The notes under the pieces were generated by a model. It ran no database searches. It saw only the letters and a list, made by a program, of their open reading frames with translations, and had not been told where the DNA came from. This document shows, one piece after another, positions 20,394 through 30,017 of a stretch of DNA of 64,000 bases. Position 1 is the first letter of the stretch. Every line of letters starts with the position of its first letter. The stretch comes from Chamaesiphon sp. GTDB lineage: Bacteria; Cyanobacteriota; Cyanobacteriia; Cyanobacteriales; Chamaesiphonaceae. The translations under genes were made by a program, and so were the position numbers. The stretch is from assembly GCA_965246715.1 (NCBI GenBank), contig CBDFFH010000015.1:352001-416000 (forward strand). Reading direction: 5' to 3'.

Positions 20394-20546
20394 ACTGAAT
20401 TTAGGGATACTGGCAGGCAGAGATCTAGTCTATCGCAATCCCACAAATGAGATTTACATGCCTCTATTATTTTAACGATTTAGGGGGTGAGAGAGAGGAC
20501 AGGGAATAGGAAATGGGGCTTTTGTCTATCGATCGAGATTATGAGC

Positions 20547-20792
20547 CTAATTATGTGGCGATGTTGCTGCACCGATCGAGATCGGAGTCCCAGCGGCGAT
20601 TGGATCCGGTAAGGCTCGCCCTTGAATTCGATATTCCTCAATTAGCAGTTCTAATACCTCTTCACCATGTTGGATTGCTTCGGCGTAGGTACTACCATGC
20701 GTATGCACTCGATCGCCAAATTCAGGTAGGCTGACCATGTAGATTTCATCTTCGATCGACCATTGAATAACCATGCTATATGGCGGTTTCAT
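20547..20792 (-). CDS. hicB: HicB-family antitoxin (short form)
   Basis: YSMVIQWSIED..VSLPEF..THGSTYAEAI...LPDP; overlaps the hicA stop. Confidence 0.88.
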   Translation of the reverse strand: MKPPYSMVIQWSIEDEIYMVSLPEFGDRVHTHGSTYAEAIQHGEEVLELLIEEYRIQGRALPDPIAAGTPISIGAATSPHN

Positions 20793-21007
20793 TCTGGATC
20801 TCCTTCTTCGAGCGTTGCTAAATCTTGCAATGCGCTACGCACATCTTGTTCCTGATATCTTTGAGCATCAGCACCATCTCGACCGGATAAAATAATGCTG
20901 TAATCCAGATTTGGGTGGCTCCAAACTGTATGGCTACCTTTACCAGAACGATAAGAAAAGCCAGCACTTAGTAATGTAGATTTAAGTTCTCGAACTTTTT
21001 GTGGCAT
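20789..21007 (-). CDS. hicA: HicA-family toxin (mRNA interferase)
   Basis: MPQKVRELK..L..AGF...GKGSHTVWSHP. Confidence 0.9.
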   Translation of the reverse strand: MPQKVRELKSTLLSAGFSYRSGKGSHTVWSHPNLDYSIILSGRDGADAQRYQEQDVRSALQDLATLEEGDPE

Positions 21008-21044
21008 GGATACCGACTCAATCTATCTCTCAGATTAACACGAT

Positions 21045-21066
21045 TACCTCTGGTAGGCTGCGCCAA
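21045..21066 (+). repeat. 22-nt hairpin-GGCTGCGCCAA micro-element splitting a CGAT^CG site
   Basis: CGAT[TACCTCTGGTAGGCTGCGCCAA]CG; removal restores CGATCG. Confidence 0.65.
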
Positions 21067-21104
21067 CGCTAGCGGATTATACTGGATAGAACAGTCTCAG
21101 TACA

Positions 21105-21752
21105 GTGCCAATGGACGATTTGCAAGACTTGAGGAGATACGCACCCGCTACCGAGCGCAATCGCGAACCGATTCTCGAAGTGTTGCGCCAAGTCTTACCA
21201 CCCGCAGGGACAATTCTCGAAATTTCTAGCGGTACAGGCGAACATGCGATCTTTATGGCTCCCCAACTCTTCCCGCGTCAGTGGTTGCCATCCGATCCCA
21301 ATCCAGCTGCCCGCGCCAGCATTGCCGCATGGCAACAAGCCGCACCATGCAATAATCTTCATCCACCGATCGATCTCGATGCCAGTAGCCCCCAATGGTC
21401 GGTAGAATCAGATGAGAGCTTGAAGTTAGATCCCATTAGTGCGATCGTGAATATTAATATGGTTCACATCGCCCCCAAATCCGCCTATTTAGGCTTGATG
21501 GCAGGAGCCAGCCGGATTTTACCAAATAAAGGTATTTTGTACCTCTATGGGCCATTCAAACAAGATGGAGTCCACACCGCACCCAGCAACGCCGCCTTCG
21601 ATGTCAGCCTCCAATCCCAAAACCCCGACTGGGGCATCCGTGACTTAGCAGAAATAACCGCAGCCGCCGAAACCCACAACCTCCACCTCCACAAAATCTT
21701 CCCCATGCCAGCCAACAACCTCTCAGTAGTATTTCAAGCCAGCAAAACTTAA
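21105..21752 (+). CDS. DUF938 SAM-dependent methyltransferase-like protein
   Basis: APATERNREPIL, LEISSGTGEHA, INMVHI, YGPF, MPANN. Confidence 0.9.
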   Translation: MPMDDLQDLRRYAPATERNREPILEVLRQVLPPAGTILEISSGTGEHAIFMAPQLFPRQWLPSDPNPAARASIAAWQQAAPCNNLHPPIDLDASSPQWSVESDESLKLDPISAIVNINMVHIAPKSAYLGLMAGASRILPNKGILYLYGPFKQDGVHTAPSNAAFDVSLQSQNPDWGIRDLAEITAAAETHNLHLHKIFPMPANNLSVVFQASKT

Positions 21753-21880
21753 AAATACTCGCTAAATACAAAAAATCCCTTTGCGAACTCCGCGCCTTCT
21801 CCGCGTCCTTTGCGTTTAAAAACACCACTCCAACTCTCCCAATCGACTAGAATAGTCACTTCAGCCACTCTCCCTAGCAC

Positions 21881-24226
21881 ATGACAGCCAACACCGACTT
21901 TCTCGCCCATCTCAACAGCTCCCAACGTCGTGCCGTCGAGCATTACTGTGGGGCATTATTAGTCGTAGCTGGGGCGGGTAGTGGCAAAACTAGGGCACTC
22001 ACCTATCGCATCGCCAACCTGATCCGCACCCATCGTGTCGATCCTCAACATATCTTAGCCGTCACCTTTACAAACAAAGCAGCGAAAGAAATGCGATCGC
22101 GGATCGAACTATTATTCGCTCAACAACAGGCAGAAATAAAATTTGGTAAAGCTTGGGGAGCCTTGGACGAGTATCAACAAACCCAACTGCGATCGCACGT
22201 ATATAAGACCATTATCAAAGACTTGTGGATCGGTACCTTCCATGGTTTATTTAGTAAAGTCTTGCGCTTTGATATCGAAAAATATCAAGATGACAAAGGC
22301 CGCACTTGGAATAAGAATTTCTCGATCTTTGACGATGCTGACTGTCAGGGACTAGTCAAACAAATCGTCGTCAAACAATTAGATTTAGATGATAAGAAAT
22401 TTGAACCGCGAGCGGTACGTTATGCAATTAGTAATGCCAAGAATCAAGGCTTATCGCCAGATGAGTTTAGAAAAGAGCAAAATGACTATCGCGGGCGGGT
22501 AATCTCGGAAGTCTACACTTATTACCAAGATGCGCTGTGCGCGAATAATGCCCTAGATTTCGACGACTTATTATTAGTCCCCGTGCAATTATTTCGTCAA
22601 AACTTACAAGTCTTAAATTATTGGCATAAAAAGTTTCGCCATATTTTAGTCGATGAGTATCAAGATACCAACCGTACTCAATACGATCTGATCCAATTAT
22701 TAGTTACCAATGGTGTCGATAGCAAAACCTTCGATGCCTGGGAACATCGATCGATCTTTGTGGTTGGCGATGCCGATCAATCGATCTATTCATTTCGGAT
22801 GGCAGATTTCACGATTCTGATGAATTTTCAGGATGACTTCGGCGATAGTAAACCAGCCGATCGCACCGAAACGATGGTGAAATTGGAAGAGAACTATCGA
22901 TCGCGTGAAAATATCTTAGCTGCTGCCAATCATCTGATTCAGCACAACACCCAACGGATCGATAAGATCCTCATTGCCACACGCGGCGAGGGCGAACCAA
23001 TCTTCCTGTACAAAGCAGATAATGAAATCGACGAGGCTGAATTTGTTGTCAATGAAACGCGGAAACTAGAGCGCGAAAATCCAGAACTAAATTATGGCAA
23101 CTTTGCTGTATTATATCGGACTAACGCTCAATCTCGACCGATCGAAGATGCTTTCGTCCGCGCACAAATTCCCTATACGATCGTCGGCGGATTAAAGTTT
23201 TACGATCGGCGAGAAATTAAAGACATTATCGCTTATCTCCGGGCGGTGATGAATCCCAGCGATACAGTTAGTTTGCTGCGGGTCATCAATACACCCAGGC
23301 GCGGTGTTGGCAACACGACGATCGATCGACTCCAGAACGCCGCACAGCAATTAGGCGTGCCGCTATGGGAAATTATCAATGATGAAACTTCAGTTGCCAC
23401 AGTTGCTGGGAAATCTGCCAAAGGTGTCCAAAGTTTCGTTAATATTTTAAATAAATGGCGCAGCGAAGCAGAAACTCGTCCGGTAGTGGATGTTGTATCT
23501 GGGATTATTGAAGATACGGGTTATGTCCATGAGTTACAAACTCAAGGAACAGATGAAGCTTTAGAACGTATCCAAAACGTTCAAGAATTAGTTAACGCGA
23601 CGATCCAATTCCAAGAAGAGCATGATGAGCCAACGCTCGAAGCTTATCTAGCCAGTGCGGCGCTCAGTTCCGATCTCGACAATCTCCAAGAAGGCAAAGA
23701 AGCCGTCTCGTTAATGACCTTACATGCGTCCAAAGGATTGGAATTTCCGATCGTGTTTTTAGTAGGATTGGAAGCAGGCTTGTTCCCGAGTTTTCGATCG
23801 CTCAATGACCCCCTAGCTGTCGAAGAAGAACGTCGATTATGTTATGTTGGCATCACCCGTGCCCAAGAAATGTTATATCTCACTCACGCCCGCGAACGCC
23901 GTTTGTATGGATCCAGAGAACCCGCCGTGCGATCGCAATTTATCGGCGAATTGCCACCCGAACTAATTAATAGCAATCTGCGGAGTAAAGGTCGGCAGCA
24001 AACAACCGCTCAAACCACGCCAAAATCGCCCAAGACAGTCGGTAATGCGACCAGTCAAACAACCGGATGGCGGGTGGGCGATCGCGTAATCCATCGCAGT
24101 TTTGGGGTGGGACAGATCACGCATGTATTTGGTACCGAGCAGAAACAATCTGTCGCAATTAAGTTTCCCAATCTCGGTCAAAAAATTATCGATCCGAAAA
24201 TCGTTGGATTACAAAAAATTGGTTAG
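21881..24226 (+). CDS. pcrA: ATP-dependent DNA helicase PcrA/UvrD
   Basis: AGAGSGKT, DEYQD, VGDADQSIY, ENYRS, TLHASKGLEF, EERRLCYVGITRA; C-terminal Tudor-like domain. Confidence 0.96.
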   Translation: MTANTDFLAHLNSSQRRAVEHYCGALLVVAGAGSGKTRALTYRIANLIRTHRVDPQHILAVTFTNKAAKEMRSRIELLFAQQQAEIKFGKAWGALDEYQQTQLRSHVYKTIIKDLWIGTFHGLFSKVLRFDIEKYQDDKGRTWNKNFSIFDDADCQGLVKQIVVKQLDLDDKKFEPRAVRYAISNAKNQGLSPDEFRKEQNDYRGRVISEVYTYYQDALCANNALDFDDLLLVPVQLFRQNLQVLNYWHKKFRHILVDEYQDTNRTQYDLIQLLVTNGVDSKTFDAWEHRSIFVVGDADQSIYSFRMADFTILMNFQDDFGDSKPADRTETMVKLEENYRSRENILAAANHLIQHNTQRIDKILIATRGEGEPIFLYKADNEIDEAEFVVNETRKLERENPELNYGNFAVLYRTNAQSRPIEDAFVRAQIPYTIVGGLKFYDRREIKDIIAYLRAVMNPSDTVSLLRVINTPRRGVGNTTIDRLQNAAQQLGVPLWEIINDETSVATVAGKSAKGVQSFVNILNKWRSEAETRPVVDVVSGIIEDTGYVHELQTQGTDEALERIQNVQELVNATIQFQEEHDEPTLEAYLASAALSSDLDNLQEGKEAVSLMTLHASKGLEFPIVFLVGLEAGLFPSFRSLNDPLAVEEERRLCYVGITRAQEMLYLTHARERRLYGSREPAVRSQFIGELPPELINSNLRSKGRQQTTAQTTPKSPKTVGNATSQTTGWRVGDRVIHRSFGVGQITHVFGTEQKQSVAIKFPNLGQKIIDPKIVGLQKIG

Positions 24227-24238
24227 TACCATCTCATC

Positions 24239-24721
24239 GTGAATACTTATTTATTCCCCGATCGAACTCAATATCAATTGGCGATAGGGGCATCAATCGA
24301 TGTTGCTACCTTAGTCAGATTTCTCGAAATTACCTATCAAGAGCTATATCCCCACCAACAAGACTATCGACATTTACAGTTTACAGTCGATCGCTACTTC
24401 ACTCAGCAAACACCACTGTGGTTTGTGACTGATACCGAGCGGGAGCGATCCGATCGAAAAATTGCTTGTTTGTGGGTGGGGATTGCCATCGACCAAATCA
24501 CTGGTAATCGACATCCAAATGTTTTTCTGATTTATGTCGATCCTGCTTACCGTCGCCAAGGTATCGGACGCGGGTTGATGCAACACGTTGAGGCGTGGGC
24601 AAGAAGTCAAGGTTATCACCAGATTGGCTTGCAGGTATTTACAACCGATCGACCCGCGATCGCTCTATACCAACAACTAGGCTACAAATCGCGATCGATT
24701 TCGATGATGCGAGAATTGTAA
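24239..24721 (+). CDS. GNAT-family N-acetyltransferase
   Basis: YVDPAYRRQGIG, AIALYQQLGY. Confidence 0.9.
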   Translation: MNTYLFPDRTQYQLAIGASIDVATLVRFLEITYQELYPHQQDYRHLQFTVDRYFTQQTPLWFVTDTERERSDRKIACLWVGIAIDQITGNRHPNVFLIYVDPAYRRQGIGRGLMQHVEAWARSQGYHQIGLQVFTTDRPAIALYQQLGYKSRSISMMREL

Positions 24722-24836
24722 CTGAGATCGATTATGATTCGCTCTGGAATTGCTACGCTAGAAATGGTAGTTAAGGATCGATCTCCCAGCAGCGGGACTG
24801 AATGACAATCTAATATTCACTATTCACTATATCAAG

Positions 24837-25412
24837 ATGAAAGAAATCGTCGGTGAAATCAAACTCCAGATTACGATCTTAGTTGCACTCGTCGCCATCA
24901 TGTGGGGGATTGAGATCCTCGATACCTATGTTTTTCATCACGGACTCGACATCTTAGGCATTTTACCCCGCGAACCGATCGGCCTACGCGGAATTTTATT
25001 TGCACCTTTTTTACATGCGAATTTCCCACACCTAATTGCGAATACCATTCCCTTTATCGTCCTCGGCGGGTTGATTATGGCGCAAAATACCGCTGATTTT
25101 GCGATCGTGTCGGTTATATGTATGTTCGTCGGCGGTTTGGGCACCTGGTTATTTGGTGGTAGAGGCATCCATATCGGTGCTAGTGGCGTGATTTTTGGCT
25201 ATCTCGGCTTTTTGCTGACACGGTGTTATTTCGATCGCACTTTGGTGTCGGGATTAGTCGCACTATTTGTCGGTACTACCTACGGTAGCGTAGTGTGGGG
25301 AGTCTTCCCCTCACTTCCAGGTATCTCTTGGGAAGGTCACCTATTCGGCTTTTTGGGTGGGATATTTGCTGCGAGATTCGTCGTTAATAGTAGCAAAAAT
25401 CGATCTTTTTAG
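24837..25412 (+). CDS. Rhomboid intramembrane serine protease
   Basis: PFLH..FPHLIAN, HIGASG (catalytic Ser), SWEGHLFG (catalytic His). Confidence 0.92.
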   Translation: MKEIVGEIKLQITILVALVAIMWGIEILDTYVFHHGLDILGILPREPIGLRGILFAPFLHANFPHLIANTIPFIVLGGLIMAQNTADFAIVSVICMFVGGLGTWLFGGRGIHIGASGVIFGYLGFLLTRCYFDRTLVSGLVALFVGTTYGSVVWGVFPSLPGISWEGHLFGFLGGIFAARFVVNSSKNRSF

Positions 25413-25483
25413 TGAGGGATTAGGGGTTAGGGATTAGCGAAAATCTCCTAGCTCCTAACTCCAAAACACCATCGAGTAAATTT

Positions 25484-26059
25484 ATGGCACCAACTACCGA
25501 TCGCATCACCACTAAAATCCAGATCTTGGGTACGTTCGTCACTCTGGCGTGGCTAGTTCCTATCCTGAGCACCTATTTCTCTTCCATCTACTTGCTACTT
25601 TGGTATGGCATCATCCCTCGCCAGTCGCTCGGCTTGAGAGGAATTTTATTCGCACCCTTTTTACACGAAGACGGTACACATCTACTCATCGATACCATTC
25701 CCTTTGTGGCTCTGGGCTGGGCGATAATGGCACGATCGCTCGCCAATTTTACACCCGTCTCGCTCATTTGTTTGGGAATTAGCGGTTTGGGTATTTGGCT
25801 GACTGGTCATACCAGCAAAGTATCATATATTGTCGGTAGTGGTGGTCTAATTTATGGTTATATCAGCTATTTACTGGCGATGTACTGCCTCGATCGCCGC
25901 TCGATCGGTTCTGCGGTTGTAGCTCTGGCGATCGGTTGTACTTACACTATCGTGCGGGCGGGTTCGTCCTCATGGTTTCTATCGGGAAATTTATGGCAAG
26001 AGGTCATCTTTGGTTGTATGGGTGGTGTGTTGGCTGCAAAGCTTGTCTTCAAAAAATAA
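25484..26059 (+). CDS. Rhomboid-like paralog lacking the catalytic dyad
   Basis: Shares GLRGILFAPFLH with the upstream gene; GASG reads GSGG and WEGHLFG reads WQEVIFG. Confidence 0.8.
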   Translation: MAPTTDRITTKIQILGTFVTLAWLVPILSTYFSSIYLLLWYGIIPRQSLGLRGILFAPFLHEDGTHLLIDTIPFVALGWAIMARSLANFTPVSLICLGISGLGIWLTGHTSKVSYIVGSGGLIYGYISYLLAMYCLDRRSIGSAVVALAIGCTYTIVRAGSSSWFLSGNLWQEVIFGCMGGVLAAKLVFKK

Positions 26060-26249
26060 AGGTTTTTTTATCGGTCGATATCGATATTTCGATCGATCTG
26101 CTACTAATTCAGGAAAAAGTCGCTAATCCACAGCTAGAAGATCGTACAAAAGTCCGATTTAATTCGATCGTCATTCACGGAAAATAAGGTGAGGTAAATA
26201 AATCATCTCGCTCCGTCTAAATACGACGCATCGCCATTAAATCTTTCAT

Positions 26250-26615
26250 ATGCACTTTTTAGAACCTGAAGAAGAAGATTGTTACTTCTGCCTACCGTTA
26301 GGTTGGGACGGTATTTTCAAGGAAGAAACTTTTGGCGATCGATTGCTACTTTTTTACGAGCAATTTAATAGTAGTACTCGGGCTTTATTGGATGAGTGCT
26401 TATTTCGGGAAGTCAGCCAGGGTATTACTGTGACTGGATTACAAATTCTTTGTAAAAATGAGATTATCTACAAACGATCGATCCAAAAACACCAAAAAAT
26501 CGGTAATGAGATCCGCTGGATTTGGCCGGAAACAGTCACTCAGTTCGAGATCGGCATTCAGACACCAGACTGGTGTGGACAGGTGTTTCGACTGCAAGAT
26601 TATTGGTTGAAGTAA
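26250..26615 (+). CDS. Hypothetical protein
   Basis: 121-aa ATG ORF filling an otherwise empty gap; family not recognised. Confidence 0.6.
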   Translation: MHFLEPEEEDCYFCLPLGWDGIFKEETFGDRLLLFYEQFNSSTRALLDECLFREVSQGITVTGLQILCKNEIIYKRSIQKHQKIGNEIRWIWPETVTQFEIGIQTPDWCGQVFRLQDYWLK

Positions 26616-26752
26616 CAGCGTTCTGACTTGCTCCTGTCGAAACACCTGGTTAGTGACTAGTTTGCGGAGTCAGTTGAGATAAGTATTCGGATATCTCTCT
26701 GCTACAGGTTCGTCCGCCCACATAGAATAGGGATAGTGATGGAATACAAGCT

Positions 26753-27076
26753 ATGGATAACAATAATTGGCTACAACAGATTTTAATGCTGGGCATTGGC
26801 ACGACGACATTAGTTGCCGATCGCGTGCGGGAAGTCAGCGAACAATGGGTCAAGGAGGGTAAGATCGATCCCGAGCAAGCTAAGTCATTTGTCGATGACT
26901 TAATGCAGCAGATGAAGCTCGATCCGGCAAACTTTGAGGTACAGATGCAAAGAATGATCCGCAACACCATGCAAGATCTGGGCGTACCCCGTCAAGCCGA
27001 AATGGACGAACTACGCGGACGCATCGACAGACTCGAACGTCAGGTGCGCGACTTAGAAAATAAATTATGGAAGTAG
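26753..27076 (+). CDS. Phasin / PHA-granule-associated family protein
   Basis: LMLGIG...WVKEGKIDPEQAK...ELRGRIDRLE coiled coil. Confidence 0.8.
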   Translation: MDNNNWLQQILMLGIGTTTLVADRVREVSEQWVKEGKIDPEQAKSFVDDLMQQMKLDPANFEVQMQRMIRNTMQDLGVPRQAEMDELRGRIDRLERQVRDLENKLWK

Positions 27077-27202
27077 CCAGATGGCAGCTCTCTAACGCAT
27101 AATTACTAGAAGAATTTAAAGATTCGTGGGCACAGCAGCTGCAAATGCGAATCACCAGCCACCGATGACTATAATCAGATAGTGGTCAATATCAGCTTGA
27201 GT

Positions 27203-27730
27203 ATGAAAGAAATTTTAGTAAGTTTAGGCGTGATGCTGGGATGCGGTATCCTAGTTTTAATCTTCCAATTTTCTGCAGGTACACCAGCAGCAACGGCGGG
27301 AAGTATCGTTGGATCTGAATCGATCGCGAGCGTCAATAAATCCGCACCTACACCTTCTAATTTAATAACTATGGATAACAGTGAAAAAGAGATTACCACC
27401 GCTTCAGGACTAAAATATGTCGAGCTGACCGAAGGGACGGGTACGACCCCAACTAAAGGACAAACTGTATCGGTTCACTACACTGGGACATTGGAAAACG
27501 GTACGAAATTTGACAGTTCGCGCGATCGGAATCAACCCTTTAAATTTCAAATTGGTGAAGGCCAAGTAATTAAAGGTTGGGATGAGGGACTCAGTACGAT
27601 GAAAGTCGGCAGTCGGCGCAAGCTGATTATCCCCGCCGAGCTAGGTTATGGAGATCGGGGTGCTGGTGGTGTGATTCCGCCCAAAGCAACACTAATATTT
27701 GATGTCGAACTGCTTGAGATTAAGGGATAA
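27203..27730 (+). CDS. FKBP-type peptidyl-prolyl isomerase
   Basis: [46 protein letters not shown]-terminal signal/TM; ATG at 27203. Confidence 0.95.
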   Translation: MKEILVSLGVMLGCGILVLIFQFSAGTPAATAGSIVGSESIASVNKSAPTPSNLITMDNSEKEITTASGLKYVELTEGTGTTPTKGQTVSVHYTGTLENGTKFDSSRDRNQPFKFQIGEGQVIKGWDEGLSTMKVGSRRKLIIPAELGYGDRGAGGVIPPKATLIFDVELLEIKG

Positions 27731-27855
27731 GCGGCCGAAGTGGCTGGCGACTGGGGGAAGTTTTCCCACCGTCGCCACTCAAATGTCAATTTGGGAACAT
27801 AGCTTGGTAGAGTATTGTCATAGGTAGGTAGGATGTTTGAACGCGAGTCGCCACC

Positions 27856-28521
27856 ATGAGTCAATCACTTTCCCTATCTTGGTCCCAGCTTGAGGACAAC
27901 CTCCCTCGAACTAGAGTGCAAGTAGATAAATTAGATAAATTACCGAACAACGAACTAATCTTGCTCGCACAGTCTGGATTGCGGACGGATCGAGCAGCTT
28001 TAGCCGAACTGATGCGTCGCCACCAGTCTCATGTCGATCGGATTTTGTATCACTTGGCTCCAGACTGGCAAGATCGGGCAGATCTGGCTCAGGAAGTGTG
28101 GATTCGGGTCTACAAAAATATCAAAAGTCTCAACGAACCAGAAAAATTTCGCGGTTGGTTGAGTCGGATCGCGACTAATCTGTTTTACGATGAGTTGCGC
28201 AAACGCAAGCGGGTGGCTCCACCCCTATCGCTAGACGCACCGATTAACGTGGAAGACGGCTCGATCGAGTGGGATATCGCCTCAGACACGCCCAATCCAG
28301 CCGAACACCTGAGCACGGTTGAATTCTACGACCAATTGAGAGCAGCGATTGCCAATTTACCAGCGGCTTTTCGCACTACGATCGTCTTGCGGGAAATCGA
28401 AGGATTATCGTATGAAGAGATTGCTGATGTGACAGGAGTGTCGATCGGTACCGTGAAATCAAGAATTGCCAGAGCTAGAGCTGGATTGCAATCTCAGCTA
28501 ACTGGTTATTTTGAATCGTAA
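27856..28521 (+). CDS. sigG: ECF RNA polymerase sigma factor (SigG-type)
   Basis: DLAQEVWIRV, WLSRIATNLFYDELRKRKR, GLSYEEIA..GTVKSRIARAR; followed by an anti-sigma gene. Confidence 0.88.
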   Translation: MSQSLSLSWSQLEDNLPRTRVQVDKLDKLPNNELILLAQSGLRTDRAALAELMRRHQSHVDRILYHLAPDWQDRADLAQEVWIRVYKNIKSLNEPEKFRGWLSRIATNLFYDELRKRKRVAPPLSLDAPINVEDGSIEWDIASDTPNPAEHLSTVEFYDQLRAAIANLPAAFRTTIVLREIEGLSYEEIADVTGVSIGTVKSRIARARAGLQSQLTGYFES

Positions 28522-28632
28522 CTAAATCTCCACAACGGGGAATATTAGCAATATATTTATATTTAGTCTTGCTGGCTGATATTAAAATTTATTTAAGTTT
28601 GGGACACACACAGGGTAATTGAGGATCGGAAC

Positions 28633-29133
28633 ATGACAGACAACTTCGATGGGGAGCGCTCTGGTGCCGTTTTGGACGAACGGTTCGAGTTGCTTAGCGC
28701 CTATCTCGATGGTGAAGCGACACTCAGCGAACGGCAGCAAGTAGAAGCCTGGTTGGCGAGCGACCCCGCAGTTCAACAACAATATCGTCAGCTGCAACAG
28801 CTGCACCTGGCATTTCCCAGTATCTCCGTCCCGAGCAGCCAGTCTGCTCAAAGTTTAGCTACCGATGTGTTTGCTAAAATCGATCGACAGCGCAATCGCC
28901 GCTGGACTTGGTTTGGTGGCAGTGCGATCGCCGCAACATTGGCAGCAACAATTGCTGGATTAAGCGGTCTGTTTGGCGACGCTAATAGTCCGCAACTTCA
29001 GTTTGCAGCAAATAATGCTGAGAAGCCAGCACCGTTAATGGTGGCATTAAACGACCCGATTCTCGCGATTCCCGCTAAGAGCGATCGGGTAATCGAAGTG
29101 CCAATGCCCGCACCAGAAGTAAATATCGATTGA
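28633..29133 (+). CDS. Membrane-anchored anti-sigma factor
   Basis: RFELLSAYLDGE motif, single TM helix, directly downstream of the ECF sigma gene. Confidence 0.88.
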   Translation: MTDNFDGERSGAVLDERFELLSAYLDGEATLSERQQVEAWLASDPAVQQQYRQLQQLHLAFPSISVPSSQSAQSLATDVFAKIDRQRNRRWTWFGGSAIAATLAATIAGLSGLFGDANSPQLQFAANNAEKPAPLMVALNDPILAIPAKSDRVIEVPMPAPEVNID

Positions 29134-29175
29134 TAGATTTACAGAACTCAGCGCGACTATCTTCAATCCAGCCTA

Positions 29176-29207
29176 AAAAGAGCGATACCTTTCGGTATCG
29201 CTCTTTT
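29176..29207. terminator. Intrinsic terminator (probably bidirectional)
   Basis: AAAAGAGCGATACC-TTTC-GGTATCGCTCTTTT between convergent transcription units. Confidence 0.85.
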
Positions 29208-29232
29208 GTTTAGCAGCGAGTTTGATTAATTA

Positions 29233-29469
29233 ACGTGAGTTCGGGATAAGGAAAATCGATCTGCTCCGTTCAAGCACCGCCCTGAACTATAAGTGTTTCG
29301 TTCCGAAAGGCTACGCCAACGGGCTAATAGCAAAAGTTCGTTTCAACGAACTAATCAATTGGGCAGTTCTCTGAAGAGAACTTTTGCTATGAGCAACTAA
29401 TTCATTTGAGGGCGGTTCAGAAACGAAGCTAGGAGTCATTAAGTGGACATCTTTAACCCGAACTCACGT
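29233..29469. mobile_element. MITE (237 bp) with ACGTGAGTTCGGG terminal inverted repeats and TAATTA target duplication
   Basis: ACGTGAGTTCGGG...CCCGAACTCACGT; TAATTA at 29227-29232 and 29470-29475 (the latter includes the rpsF stop); internal REP-like doublet and nested micro-element at 29296-29319. Confidence 0.85.
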
Positions 29470-29472
29470 TAA

Positions 29473-29814
29473 TTATGCTTCTTCTGCTGCCAGCGCAGCT
29501 GCCGCTGCTTTAGCTGCTTTTTTAGGAGGATCGAGTTTGAGACTTAGGTACCGAATGACATCTTCACTCAGACGCATTGCGCGTTCGAGCGGGGCAATTT
29601 CTTTGCCGGACCCAGTGTAGTTGACTTGAACGTAAATCCCATCGCGGTGCTTACCGATGAGGTACGCAAGGCGGCGTTTGCCACGCTGTTGGATTTCGAT
29701 ATCAGTGGCTCCGTTGGTCTCGATAATCGCCCGATATTTTTTGATAGATTCATCAGCCTGCTCGTCCGATAAGTCGGGACGCAGGATGTACATGATTTCG
29801 TATTTGTCGCTCAC
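29473..29814 (-). CDS. rpsF: 30S ribosomal protein S6
   Basis: [33 protein letters not shown]. Confidence 0.96.
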   Translation of the reverse strand: MSDKYEIMYILRPDLSDEQADESIKKYRAIIETNGATDIEIQQRGKRRLAYLIGKHRDGIYVQVNYTGSGKEIAPLERAMRLSEDVIRYLSLKLDPPKKAAKAAAAALAAEEA

Positions 29815-30017
29815 AGATTCTCCTTATGGACATAGTGGCTTCCGCTCGATGCACAGGGGCGATCGCAGAAGCAAGGATTTATCATTATATCAGCAATTGA
29901 GTATGTTCCAACACCGCAATTTTAAATTTGGGAAATCGGGATGAGTTGGCATGGACATCAGCAATTCTCATGATAGAATTTCAACTGGTATTGAGGGGTA
30001 AATCTAGCTCTAGACCC

